From Enoplolaimus lenunculus (Eukaryota): a DNA stretch of 64,000 nt. Shown piece after piece: positions 12,010 to 25,100 of this stretch. The stretch lies in NCBI GenBank assembly GCA_030248215.1, contig JASANG010002214.1, positions 62,001 to 126,000 of the forward strand. The letters run 5' to 3'. The notes under the pieces were generated by a model. It had not been told where the DNA came from and did no database searches. It was given only the letters and a program-made list of their open reading frames with translations. How positions within the stretch are numbered: position 1 is the stretch's first letter; each line of letters begins with the position of its first letter. Made by a program: the position numbers and the translations under genes.

Positions 12010-15000
12010 ATGGCAATGCCTATTTCCAGAACGACAAAAGTAGTATCATTAGTACGGCAACTAGGCACTGCTGCACAGGCAGCAACTCCTACCGGGAACA
12101 CAAGTAAGCTATGTTGTTGATTTTATGTTTCTCATATTTGGATGGCAGTGTTGACTCTAAGCCTGTGAGACATGCTTGTTCGTTATGCGCGCATGCTATA
12201 TAGTACAGTGCATTGCATAGTATGCTTGCTGGCGAAATACGGTCGACATTTTGCTGACCATGGAAGCAGAGTGACTAGCGGACTGTGTGGCGCAGTGGTA
12301 GAGTTTTTGTTTATATAAAGAGCCGTACGCTAAGATCTCGATCCTCGCACATGTGTTGACTTGGTACAGTTTTAAATATTTCCTCAGATCAAGTGCTTTT
12401 TCAGAGCCCTCCCTGAAAAAACAAAATGTTTCAAATATTGTTATTGTTGATGGTGTTCGAACGCCGTTTTTGCAGTCCGGTACCGAATACAAAAACATGC
12501 AAGCACATGATTTGCTAAAATCAGCTTTCGTGTAAGTTATTTAAATTTTCCGAGTTTTTATTACCACTATCTATGTTGGCATATAATGAAACAATGTTCA
12601 TATTAACGAATTGTGCTATTACTACAATTTGTACACAGCAATATTCCGCAAACTGGCAGATATTGCATAATTCTTGAGCGAAGAGAGACTGTGAGTGAAG
12701 CTGAGAATCTCGTGAAGCGTTTTATGTGTTGTGCTCAGGGGTCGAAAGGTGGACTTCCGTCAGTCAGTCTCTCAGTTCGATGATAATCAAAGAAACCGCT
12801 GAACCGATTTTCATAAAGTTTTTGGTTTGAAAACTTATTTTCCTCAGTTGTTAACGTCGCATTGGGGTTTTAAAATTCCTAGCCGTTAATAAGTGCTGGC
12901 TAATGTGCATAACTGGCAAAGCCTTAATCAGGTTTTTTTTGCTTTATTTCTCTAATTTCTAGGGTTACAAGCGATCTGATTTCAGCTCAAAGGGTATTTG
13001 GGCGCGAGGAATCTGAATAAAATGTCTATAAATTTCTAAATCAGATAAGTGTATAAACTGTTTTCTGGTACCGTGCGTGGCAAGGTATGGTTCCGGATCC
13101 GGGGCCCGGCCCGAGACATTTCTAGTCGGTGTATATGTAACACTTTTTTTCGCACGGTTTCGGATGAGAAACACTTAAATATAAACTTTCTGTAGTTGCA
13201 AACTAGTAGGATTATATTGCCAGTAAGTGGGTGTGAACTTAGCTGAATATGTGTAGCCCCACAGCGACTGATTTATTCCGAAATCGAGTTATACCGAATA
13301 AGTTTGAAATGTGTACGTGCACCAGAAAACTTTGCCACGGTTTACGAGAAGTGTGGCGAAAAAGTTATCCGGGAAGTATTAGAGAAAATACACTCAGGCA
13401 TTGAATTTTTGTTGGAGTCGACTTCTGATCTCGGTTCCAACCCACCGAAATTGAAAAAAAACCGAAACCGAGACTTACCGACACCAAGGTTGCCGCTTGC
13501 GTTCTTTCTGTGTACGTCTGTACGGATCTATCCAGTAGCGCAAAAATTTGTGATGAACGTACTTTACCTCAACCTACGTTTCATCGTTTAAAATCTGCAA
13601 AATGTAGATAATTTTGGGGTTTGCGCGGTGGGAAAAATGGCTGTAGGTCAACTGGGGGACTTGAGCGTGGCTGGCGCCTCCTCACCCTGCTAGAAAAGCG
13701 TCAGATAGAGTTTGTTTTTGTTTTCGCAGTGGCTTGCTACATCGAACAGAAGTTCCTGTAAAAGAAGTCGACTATGTCGTTGCAGGAACAGTGATTCAAG
13801 AAGTTAAAACTGCAAATGTAGCGCGAGAGGTACGTACGTGGAATGAAACGTGTGAGGTGTATATGTCGCTGGATGTAAAGCATATATAGGGTTTGCTGCG
13901 TGGGGTAGAGTTGGCCCGGCGCCGTTGACAGTACCGACCGGGTCCAAGTTAGAACACGCAAAGATAACTATCAACTTATCAACATGAGCTACGATATATG
14001 TAATAAGTATATGGTGGCTAACGGCCTAAGAGTCGGAAAATGAACAAGCTATATATTGGGTGTAGTGTGTACAGAAAACCCTTCGAAAAAATACCGTGTA
14101 CTGTAATTCCTTGTCATTTTCATATTTTTCAAACGGGAACCGAGTAGGATTGGTTTTCATGCAAATTAATTAAGGATAGTTTTTCATGCAAGTGAATTAA
14201 GGATTGTACATAAAACTGGACCTGGTTAGGCCCGGCTAACAACGTGCTGGGGCCAGTGCCTTAGACCTCCGGACATCTCTACTAAGGAAATCAGCCAGTC
14301 GATTTGCTCCATCTTCCAGCCCCTACCTAAATTTTGCCTCCATTTGAATATTTTTAAGCTTTAAAAATTAACAATTTTTGAGCGTTTAACAAACTTTTTG
14401 TATAATTTTCAGCTATCAAGGGGTGGGTGAATAAATATGTAAAGTGTGTTTAAAGGTTTACGAGCCATGAGGCATGGTTAGATGGGATTTATGTGAAAAC
14501 CAGTAATATTTCGCAAGCGCGATGTTGCGATTACAGCAGCACTATTGCATCACACCGTGGGTTTCTTCGGTGCGTGATGTGCCTGAATTGTATGTTTTAT
14601 ATTTTATGCTTCAATGCTCGCTGGCATTCCAGTTCAAACTCCATGTCATACGGTTACGCTGGCTTGCATATCTTCGAATGTTGCCATTACCAACTGTATG
14701 TTAATTAAAGTGCGTAATTATATATCCTGCTTTCAAAATGGTGTTAAAAAATTTCTAAGGTATCAGCATAAAGGAAGCAAATAGAGTTGTTTGATTATAT
14801 GGTAAGAAAAAGTGAAAAAGTTTTTGTAGCAAAAATAATGCATTTTAGGATGTGTTTAACTGAAAAAGTCAGTTAGCTAGAAATGAGAGTGAGATTTTGC
14901 GTTGGTCCTTCTCTGCCTCTATTCAACGCTTTAGGTATTGGTATGCTTGCCGCTGGACAGTGCGACGTTGCTATAGCGGGCGGTGTTGAGACAATGAGCG

Positions 15001-18000
15001 ACGTACCAATCAGATTTAGCCGAAAGTTACGACAAACCATGCTCAGCATGAACAAAGCGAAATCAGTTGGCGCTCGCCTTGGTTTAATGACAAATTTTTT
15101 CGTTCCAAAAAATCTCATGCCTGAGGTGCGTTTTATAATTGTGTCTGTGATTGGTGGGCTTACGCTTGGTTTCGTTTTTTATATGTTATATATGTTTAAT
15201 TCGCAAATCATGCTTTATTGTTATTGTTTGGCATTTAGCATCATTAAGAACATTTCTTTTTATGACACATGAGTTAAACATTATAGTTACCTGGAGTTAC
15301 GGAATTTTCAACAAATGAAACAATGGGATCGTCTGGAGACCGTTTGGCAGCACAGTTTGGCGTAACACGTAAAGAACAGGTACGTATATTTTTGTATTGA
15401 AACACATGTTAGCCCTAAATTTTATCGCTTTATTATTCGATCTAAATATATATGTTGTATCTATAAGCGTTGAATCTTAAACATTTATGAAACATTAGCT
15501 GGATTTCGAAAACCCTACTAAAGTACGACTTCATATTAATATTTGCTAAGTAAATACTCAACAAACTGATCGTTTGTGAAACTGATGCCACTACCCAAAT
15601 TTAATAAATTGCAGAGTAATAGTTTTGGCATACTATTCTTGCTTCAATTGACATTGTAGACTTATGGAACCTCTTTAGTATAAAATATATCTACGGCTTA
15701 CTTGTTATGAAACTGGTCTATAATTTGCAATTCTTGTTTATGTCCAAAAAGTTAAGTATTTACTTAAGTCAATGACTTAAGTAAATACTTAAACAAAACT
15801 TTAGTAATTACTTAAGTTTTAGAAACCCAGCAAATGCTATAGATAACGTTCTCTATGAACAATTTTTTCAGGATGAGTTTGCGCTTCGGAGCCATACGTT
15901 TGCACAACAAGCATACGACGCTGGCAATTTGAAGGACTTAATTCCGGTGTACGTGCCAGGTAATTTTGTTTTGTCATTTTTCTTTCCGGCATCCAGCGTT
16001 TACTGGTAGATCCAGAAATTTCTTACCGGGCGCGCGCAATATACTACGAAAGTGCAAGGGAAAAGCGTAACGTGTTTATTATTAAATCTCAATAGAAATA
16101 TTTAGTTTTAGGTGCATCCATTTGGACAAGAATATGTCAAAATTACAATTTGCTATGTGTTAGCTGGATTTCAGAACAAAAGTTCGAAGCTATTACTGGA
16201 TCGGTTTGAAACAATTGTTAAATTTCAGGACGAGATACTGCGGTGTTGAAAGACAACGGCGTTCGAGTGACTCCAATGGATAAACTCTCCAAGCTAAAAC
16301 CAGCGTTTGTTAAGCCACACGGGACTGTTACACCAGCAAATTCATCCTTTTTGGTAGGTATTTTTGTATGAGCCTAGCGACTGAAAGCACCTTGGGATTC
16401 TTCAGATCGGTTTCAAATTTGTTGGCTTTTTGTTTTTTCATCTTTATGTTTATAAAAATTGTTGAGCAATAGATTTAATGTCGTTATATGAGCCACGTTG
16501 ATAGTTTTTAACAAAAAATTTTATTTGGTAACCATTTTAACGCTTGTTCAGACTGATGGTGCATCAGCATGCTTGCTTATGACCGAAGAAAAGGCGAAAC
16601 AGTTGGGTTACAAACCGCTTGCCTATTTGCGAGATTTTGTTTACGTTGCGCAAGATCCAAAAGACCAGTTGTTGCTTGGGTATGTATAATATAAAGTAGT
16701 TTTTTATCCTGTTGAAGAAATTCTCATGTATGGATAGCAAATTACTTACAGTGTATTACAGAAGGTAAGATGTGACGGGAAAAATTCAGCCGCCACTGGT
16801 ATGAGATTAAAATAAGCTGGATGTGGTGAAATATTTGGGGCGTTTACGTGTATTGTTGGTATGTAATTTTGTTTATTTATTATTTAGTGTACTCATGTAA
16901 TTTGACTAAGATAACTGAGCATAATCTTTCAGTGTCTATCTTGTTGCGAGGCACCTTCACAAAACTGCTGGATTTATGATTTTATGTATATAAACGTGGA
17001 GGTTTAATTAAGTTAAGTATTTTTTACTTTTACTGCAATTTCTAACTTTAACATTGACAGACCTGCGTACGCGACTCCTAAAGTCCTGGAAAAAGCTGGT
17101 CTGAAGTTGTCGGACATTGATGTTTTTGAGTATCACGAAGCATTTGCGGTATGTTCAACGGTTGTTTCTAAATTAATTTGCTACAACTTTATGTGTATTA
17201 TGTAGCTTAGGGGTTGATTTTGAGTGTAATATTTCATAGCAGATAGACTTCTCGACCAGTTTATGTAAGTTTGTGCCTATGATGTGTAACCTTATTAGTC
17301 TTTAATTCCCCAGTATCCTCATTTTCTAATGGACAGGCCCTATAATTAACATGGGTCAGTTCTCATAAGTTTTACTTGCGAGCATTGTTATACAGGGACA
17401 ACTTTTGGCAGTGATTAAAGCCATGGACTCGGACGCGTTCGCTAAAAACTACATGGGGCGAACAAACAAGGTCAGTTCAATAAAAAGCTGTGTTAGTCAT
17501 GTTTCATAATACCATAATCCTGGTCGTTTTAAGAGTGACCGATACAGTGAATATATAACTTTAAATCGATTTTTGGTTCGAGTGCGATCGAAAAGTTTGA
17601 GAGCGTTGTGGTCGCGATACGGTATTTGTAGATTGCAGAGCGAATCTATGTTCCTCGAATGCCAGACTAATTATGTTGTATATTGAAACCGGTTCTGAAT
17701 GCGATGAGTTTGTACATTGCATTTCATAATTTTCTAAATATTATGAAAAGTCTTGGAATAAGTAGTTTATTTTCGCAGGCAATATTGCTACCATCAGCGT
17801 TTTATAATATTCTATTGACGACATTACAGGTTGGTCTCATTCCAATGGAAAAGCTGAATTTATGGGGCGGATCTGTATCAATCGGACACCCTTTTGGAGC
17901 AACAGGAGTTCGTTTGTGCATGCATGCTGCTCATCGATTGCACAAAGAGAATGGGCAGTTTGCATTGGTTGCAGCGTGTGCTGCTGGAGGACACGGTCAT

Positions 18001-18027
18001 GGTATTATTATTGAACGTTGCCCGTAA
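12010..18027 (+). CDS. HADHB: Mitochondrial trifunctional enzyme beta subunit (3-ketoacyl-CoA thiolase), 12 exons
   Basis: Exons at about 12010-12103, 12405-12531, 13730-13829, 14608-14694, 14935-15126, 15287-15379, 15872-15959, 16229-16353, 16552-16679, 17061-17148, 17396-17470, 17830-18027. Motifs: [39 protein letters not shown] (catalytic Cys), [31 protein letters not shown]. Confidence 0.96.
12158..12350 (+). mobile_element. Degenerate solo LTR related to the 21042 element, in HADHB intron 1
   Basis: TAAGCCTGTGAGACATGCTTGT, GTCGACA and GCGGACTGTGTGGCGCAGTGGTAGAGT match the 21042 LTR in order and approximate spacing; the B box is decayed. Confidence 0.7.
12674..13070 (+). mobile_element. 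HINE-like copy in HADHB intron 2
   Basis: TTGAGCGAAG start, GGGGTCGAAAGGTGGA, GCTGAACCGATTTT, CATTGGGGTTTTAAAATT. Confidence 0.78.
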
Positions 18028-21000
18028 TGATGAAGAATTAAAAAAATTACAAACATCATTGCAATGATATGTAGTTGATTTATGCTTGCTTGAATAATTT
18101 AGAAGCGGTCTGAAAACAACAAACTTGAATTTGTCGGCGGTGTCTGGTTGATATAACATTATAGAACTTCGTGTTGCAATGCCACCGAACTTTTTATGCA
18201 TTAGGTAAGGCATAACTACTTAACTGCGAATGAAACAGAACTACAGAGATCTAACCATATGAAGTGAATGAAAAACGTATTTTTCAAACGGCATCCGAAC
18301 ACAAAATATTTTAGACTGCACTTCGCGCTTGCTAAAACGCTAAGTATTTTGGTATGCAGGCTCGATGTCCGTTTCCGTTAGAGATCACCAGAAATTTCTG
18401 TATGTTTTAAGCTCATACACATGCAGCTGTTCCATTACAAATGTACAACGAAATTGATTCATTATCTGAAATTGAGAGCTTTTGGGTATTTGTTAACAAT
18501 CTTAAAACTATGATTCGTAACAGCAGAGAGTTGCATTTTTTGTATGCTTTTTCATGTATTTCGATAAAGCAATTTCAAAAAATTATAGGGTTAATTTTGA
18601 ATGACAGATTTGGAATTAAACCACCAAGGAATTTTCTGAGAACGAAATTATCCTTTGTGTTGTTATAGTTACATTAATTTATTGTTATTTTATAGAGTAA
18701 AAATAACGTCTGCTTTTGTGCTCGAAATGCATTCTATGATTTTTATATACTTTAAGCTCGAAATGCATTCTATGATTTTTCTATACTTTAAAATGAATCA
18801 AAATGTTGTTTCTGATTCGATTTATTAGGTTGTTCCTTTCTGGTCGTTTCACCAGATGTCGCAAGCATTCAATTCTTGTATTCCAAAACATGCGTGTCTT
18901 CATTACAACGAGGATGGCTTGAAGTTCACAATAAGGTTAACATTAATTTTTTAATAATATAGCGGAGAATCCAAACAAATTTGTATATATATCAGAGGGT
19001 GCAAGCGGAGATGAACAAGTGTCCTTTCGAAAATTGCCTGATTTAGAATCAGAAATTTAAAACAAATGCACATCACCGCAATACACTAAACTAACGCCTT
19101 CAAATCGGCTGTTCTGTACATCAGGGTTGGAACCTTCCCTGTTTTTGGGCTCGGGCCCGGATCCGCGGATTTTATATAGATTTTAGCAGAAAACTAAACT
19201 ATTTTTCATATTTCACTAAATATTGTTCAGTGCACCTTCCGTCGGAGGTTCCGGAGGCACAGAAGCTCCAACGACGTACGGATGCAAAAGGTTGTAAGTC
19301 TAGCTTACTACGTTACCACCTTCACTAAAATGTCACCGAGATTTGCCCGTATTAGCTTGTATAACGTGCACTCGTATAGCGAGCTTTGATATAAAAATCG
19401 CACTGTGTTTTCTGACCAGTAATTAAACAGATTTCTTGAAGTACCAGCAGAAATATGTGCAGTTCAATATTACCAACAAGGTCGCTTGCTACAGTGGACT
19501 ATAAAAATTTTCACACCGCACAGTGCAAATGACTGCGATTTAAGGATAAAAAAGCGTTCGAATATATGCAGTGAGGCGACGTATACTAAGCCGTATTCTT
19601 ATTAGAAAAGGGTAGAAGAACGGAAGTCAAAGGCGTAGCCAGAGGGTTTCAGGTGTTTTAAGCCCATTTTTGATTTTTTTGCAGGTTTTTACGACTCGAG
19701 GATTTCATAAGCTAGAGATTCTTTTTGTTCAAAACTTTAAAAGCGGCGACTTCTTAGTCGCTTGTGTGCAACGTTGATAAAAATTGCCTACCCGGACTAC
19801 TAAACTGGCATTCAACGTGGACGCCGTGAGCGAAGCTATTGAAATCTGTGTCGACCGATAGAGAAACCTCCGCAGTCATACTCTAACGGGACGTCCCTCA
19901 CAACAGTCGCCAACGACGCAATACATTGGGCCCAATCCTGAGCGACTGTCTATTAACTTGGCTCATATATACATTTTCAATTTCTCCTTTCAGTTCTGAT
20001 AAACGAATTAAATTCCAACTATATATAAATGGCAAAGTGCTGCGCATACAAGTCTTGGTAAAGCAATAGGCATATAGCGATTGCGGGCATGTAGGTGTTA
20101 GGTTTTAGCGAGGGTCAAAGAGAACTATTAACCCTATTGTGTGGCGGTTTTTGCTTTTGTCGAAAGTGGCCCCCCATGGATCCGCCATTGAGGCCCACTC
20201 CGTGCCTACTGGATTCTCCACTGCTCCGATTTATTGAAATACGAAAAGGCTATGCGTTTTACAGTAGATCCACAATAAAATCTGAACACAATTTTTTGTT
20301 GTAGAAATTTTATTCTCGCGGAAGCAATTTTGGTGACCCATTTAAGCTGGAACACAGTCTCTATTCTCAGTGCTATTCTGATATATAGCAGCACTGAGAA
20401 AATCACATATATGGAGGAGCAAGCCGAATTCTTTGTATGTTTTAGAGAACAATTTTATTTCATTAAACAGTGTCGGTTTGAGGGTGTATGTATTTAAAAA
20501 CAGTACACTTGGGCAATCAACGGTTGCAACCGAGAGTAATAGTTTTCCTAATGTTACTGTCTTTATTTGCATTTTGTGACTTTAAAATTTCTACGGACGA
20601 TAATTTTTCTGTAAACTTTATAGCTAGGCTTAGTGTTATTTTTTCAATGCAGTAATTTCGTAGCTAGTTTGTTGGGTTTGTCAGCGTCAAATGAGTACCG
20701 CGCGTGCTTTGCCTGTTGCAAGGGTTGCAGCGGAAATCCTGCAAAAATGGATTTTTGTTACGGCATTGCATAACGCAGGAACCAGAATTTTACGATAATG
20801 TTCCAAATCATTTTTGCCTCAAAAGTGTTATTGGTGGAACCAGGGTGGCGCCGAATACACGATTTGACCGAATCCGAATTTGAACCTAGAATATCTATGA
20901 TTTGTTTTTTGCGTCGGCGGGCAAACAGAGGTCTCTGAGATTTTTGCTGCAGTTTAAACCGGCTGGAGAACTTTTATTTGATAAATCTTTTTGTGATTCT

Positions 21001-21041
21001 GTGTCCGCGATTGTTTCCAAATAATTTCTTCCAATATGTGT

Positions 21042-21618
21042 TGTAAGCATGTGAGACATGCTTGTCCTAGTGCATATGCAGTAAAATGCAATGCACATTG
21101 TGTTGTACAGTCGACACATATAGTCGACGAAGCATGCAGTTGGAGAGGCGGGCTGCGTGGCGCAGTGGTAGAGTGCTCGCTTAAGGTTCCATAGGCTAAG
21201 AGTTCGATTCCCGCTCTAGCCCGCTTTTCCAGCTGCTTAGAAAGGTCTGATGTCCCGGTTCCTACCTAGACTGACATGGGGGCTACTCCGTGGACGCAAT
21301 GGCAAACTGCCGCGCTATGAACACGGTATCCAGTCGAAAATAGGATGGACGGTCAAGGGACGACCTTGTTGAAAAAAAGGCCATGTAAGCATGTGAGACA
21401 TGCTTGTCCTAGTGCATATGCAGTAAAATGCAATGCACATTGTGTTGTACAGTCGACACATATAGTCGACGAAGCATGCAGTTGGAGAGGCGGGCTGCGT
21501 AGCGCAGTGGTAGAGTGTTCGTTTAAGGATCCGTAGGCTGAGAGTTCGATTCCCGCTCTAGCCCGCTTTTCCAGCTGCTTAGAAAGGTCTGATGTCCCGG
21601 TTCCTACCTAGACTGACA
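21042..21618 (+). mobile_element. Non-autonomous miniature LTR retrotransposon (TRIM) with tRNA-like sequence in each LTR
   Basis: Two 235-bp direct repeats (21042-21276, 21384-21618), each TGTAAG...CTGACA. 5-bp TSD TGTGT at 21037 and 21619. PBS-like TGGGGGCT right after the 5' LTR, purine tract GAAAAAAAGG before the 3' LTR, 107-bp non-coding core. Confidence 0.92.
21148..21228 (+). ncRNA. tRNA-like Pol III unit inside the 5' LTR (second copy 21490-21570); not a canonical tRNA
   Basis: A box TGGCGCAGTGG, B box GTTCGATTCC, closing stem GCGGGCT/AGCCCGC, followed by TTTT. No proper anticodon arm. Confidence 0.7.
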
Positions 21619-21623
21619 TGTGT

Positions 21624-21839
21624 TATGTTGGTCCGAACTAGTCAAAACAGTTCAGCGCGGCTGGATTTGAACCAGCGGTCTTTTCTAAACCGGCAATGCT
21701 CTTACCAACTTTCAACTGAACTGTCGCGTCACGTCTTCAAATACGGACTTGTGTGGGCGTTATATGTGTTGTTTACCAGAATACTACGCTGTGTACTGTT
21801 TAGGTACTGTGCAGTGTGTATCATGTGTTGACTTTTACA
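21624..21839 (-). mobile_element. Probable solo LTR of a second tRNA-bearing TRIM family
   Basis: The minus strand begins TGTAAAAG. About 110 nt later a tRNA-like unit follows: stem ACAGTTCAG/CTGAACTGT, A-box-like AGTTGGTA, B box GGTTCAAATCC, then TTTT. TGTGT lies on both sides (21619, 21840). Confidence 0.6.
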
Positions 21840-22183
21840 TGTGTGCTATTTTATTCGGGTATTCCATCGCGCAATGCCCAAAATCTACCATTTTCAACGA
21901 GGTCGTACCACAGTCGTCAAAACTTGTGCGCAAAGTATGTATTTTATTAGTGCGAAAGCAGTTGCAAATCAATGGATAAAAAGTTTTATTGATCCAATCT
22001 AGTCAGCTCATAGTTGTCATTTCATGGTTCAGTGAAACGCACGCGGCTCCTAATTCGCAGGTGCAGAGGAAATGCTGGGCTGAATGCCAAGTTTTACGAC
22101 TGGATTATTATTTCTAGTCAAATTATTATGCTTAGATTGTTCTGAAGTGATATATACATATTTATTGCGTATAATATTGAAGT

Positions 22184-25100
22184 ATGGCAGCACTCGATCT
22201 CATTCAAGATTGGAGGTGCACTCCGTTTTCATTCGATAACTGCGCAAGGTTCGACTAAATTATATATAATAATTTGCAGTTGTTTAGATGTTTTAAATCC
22301 GCTTTAAATTTCGCAAGATCTAGAATATATGTAAATTGTTCTGTAATTATTATTGGGCTTAGAATTTAAATTTTTGCGACATTATACCCGAAAAAAAGAA
22401 TCACACTAGTAAAAAAAGTAAAAATATTGCAGTGTGCTGTTAGAAAGCGGATTTATCGCACTGCTGTATGTTCCGCAGAACCAAACTTACGGAATGCTCT
22501 GTTCAGTAGAACTTTTCTTCGTAAAGCAAAGTAAATGTGTTTCGATTTGTGCGTTATATACAAATCTTTACGTACCGTGTAAGATCCAAAACTAATTTGA
22601 AATGAGAATGAGAATATTCATACTGTTTCATTTTTCATAGTAAAGTGGTCCAGCTGCGCCTTGAGTATCTAACATGCGAGCTATGACGTTGTTCAAAGCT
22701 AATGCAATATTCACCGTTTTATCATATTTTGATTTAATTAGAAATGCCACGCTGGAAAACCTTGGTATGAAACAGCCCGTTATGACGAAGACTGGAACTA
22801 CAATAGTCGGCCTTGTTTTTAAGGTATGTCAACACATGTTTGTTTATTGCCCTGTGTATAGGAATGAAATATAGTTTGTTTGCCATATTGATGACTTGGT
22901 AGGTATATATTTAGTTGAGAAAACGCTAGAATAAGTTAAAGAAGTGATTTGCAAAAAACGGTAACTAGAAATTTATTTTCAGTTCGATGGAAAGTACATA
23001 TAAAGCTCTGACAGGCTATTTGCAGGACGGTGTTGTTGTTGGGGCTGATTCTCGAGCAACTTCAGGACCAATTGTTGCAGACAAATCGTGCAATAAACTG
23101 CACAAAATTACAAACAATATATAGTATGTTGATTTTTTGATTCCTTTTTGAACATTTTAGTATCAAACGAACATTATATAGGAAAGTTAGATTTTCTTGT
23201 ACGAGTTTGTTGCTTAGCATTTTATTTGAAGACAGGAGTGCCGTCAAGCCCAGGTGTTTGATGCATCAAAGCCATGTTGCGACTTTAGTCCAAGGGTCGT
23301 ATGTATATTTTCAGTAACTGATAACGCAAAAAACCTCGCCTCAAAATTTTCATAACATATAACCCCTTTCCAAAATCTTAGGTACGTTCTTGTTATCATA
23401 TGACCGCCAGTTAATACGTTTGATTATACATTTTTAATAGGGACAAATTTTTGTATGCTAATATTTTGCCTTTTGGCAAACATATTAGTTGGGTAGTCTA
23501 CCATGTCTCACTCATCGTTTACCGCCTTTCAGTTTCTTTGTTTTGCTAAAAGATACTACATGTTGAAATAACTTTGTATGGCTAAGCAGATAGCATCTTT
23601 GTGTTGGTATAATTTTAGTGCATGCGGTGCTGGAACTGCTGCTGATTTGGATCAAGTTACAAGAATGTTATCAGCGAATATGAAACTATTGGAGTTGAAT
23701 ACAAATCGCAAGCCACGTGTTATTGCGTGCCAACGTATGGCTCGGCAGCATCTGTTTAGGCAAGCCATATTTTTTGTTTAATGTGGTATTTGAGTCATAT
23801 TGCTTTGTTTTTCGGTTACCAAAATTTTTCTTGCACAAATTATGACAAATATGCCAACGTTGCCATACATGATACAGTTCTTCGTTAATCAGTCTATTAA
23901 AACATTCCAAGCTTATAAAGGACATCTGGACAGTTTGACCCATTTAATCTACAGTTAAACTGCTATGCAATATATTAGGGATGTGCCGATTAATCGGCAT
24001 TCGGCATTGGTAATAATTGCTACTTTTCGAGAGTATCGGCATCGGTACCAGCACTTCAAAAAAATTGCGGATTCTTTGCCGATATTTTTTGCATATCACA
24101 GGCAGTTTGAATGCTATCCATTTCATTTCTGGGCGCACACGAGTGTGTATGTTCAGCAAAATTGTTCTCTCTTGCCTTTGTGTTTGAAAACCTATTTGAA
24201 ATTAAACGTTCTTATAAAATTATAATCGTTTATGATGGTTAGGGTTTAAGCCTTCATATAATAATGTAATGTAGTATTCTATAGCGAACTATTCAATAAT
24301 CGGCTTTGGAGGTTTATACACAATTTATTCAGATTTCTGATACCCAGAAACGCTCCAGTAACCCTAATATAAGCGATATAACTTAAAAACTCCTGATTTT
24401 ATGCTTATTAGTTAAGCTACTATGCACATTAGTTATTATTCAACTGTTCAGTTATCGGTTTTGAAAGTTTGTTAACAATTTATCCGGAGTCCTCGCGCCA
24501 AAAAAACCATCCAGTCCTGAAATTAGATCGCTTGTATTGTAACCCAAATCATCAATGAAATAATTTAAAAAGTCCTAATTGAGGCTTAACCAATTAAGGT
24601 TATATGCAAATTAGTTACCTACTAACTAACTATTCATTTATCGGTTGTGGAGGGTAAAAACAACTGTTTTAGATTTATCGTACCCAAAAAATTTTAGTGC
24701 TGAAATTAGATTACTTGTAATTCTAATAATTTGTGAAATTTGAAGAAAGTCGTAATTTAGGCCTAACCAATTAATGCGAGGTTATCACCCAAGGATAATA
24801 AGTTTTCAAACAAAAAAGTTTATCGAAATCGGTTCTGCTGTTCCTGAGGTTCTTTTCGGAAGGACAGACGGACGGACGTCCACTTTCGACCCCCGAGTAC
24901 AAAACATAAAACGCTTCGCGAAACTCGTAACTTCGATCGGAGTTTCGCATCGCTGAAAAATGCAGCCGCACCGGATACTAAGCGACGTCGGGTACTGAAG
25001 CTGGTTGTTGAGTTTTCTTTAAACATCTGATATCGGGAATGTATAATGTGTAAATATAGCATACGTTCCATAAGCGTATTCATATATCACATGTCTTTCC

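Noticed and set aside
21148..21224. Functional tRNA gene
   Set aside because: A and B boxes are present, but the anticodon and T stems do not pair properly and the unit sits inside an LTR.
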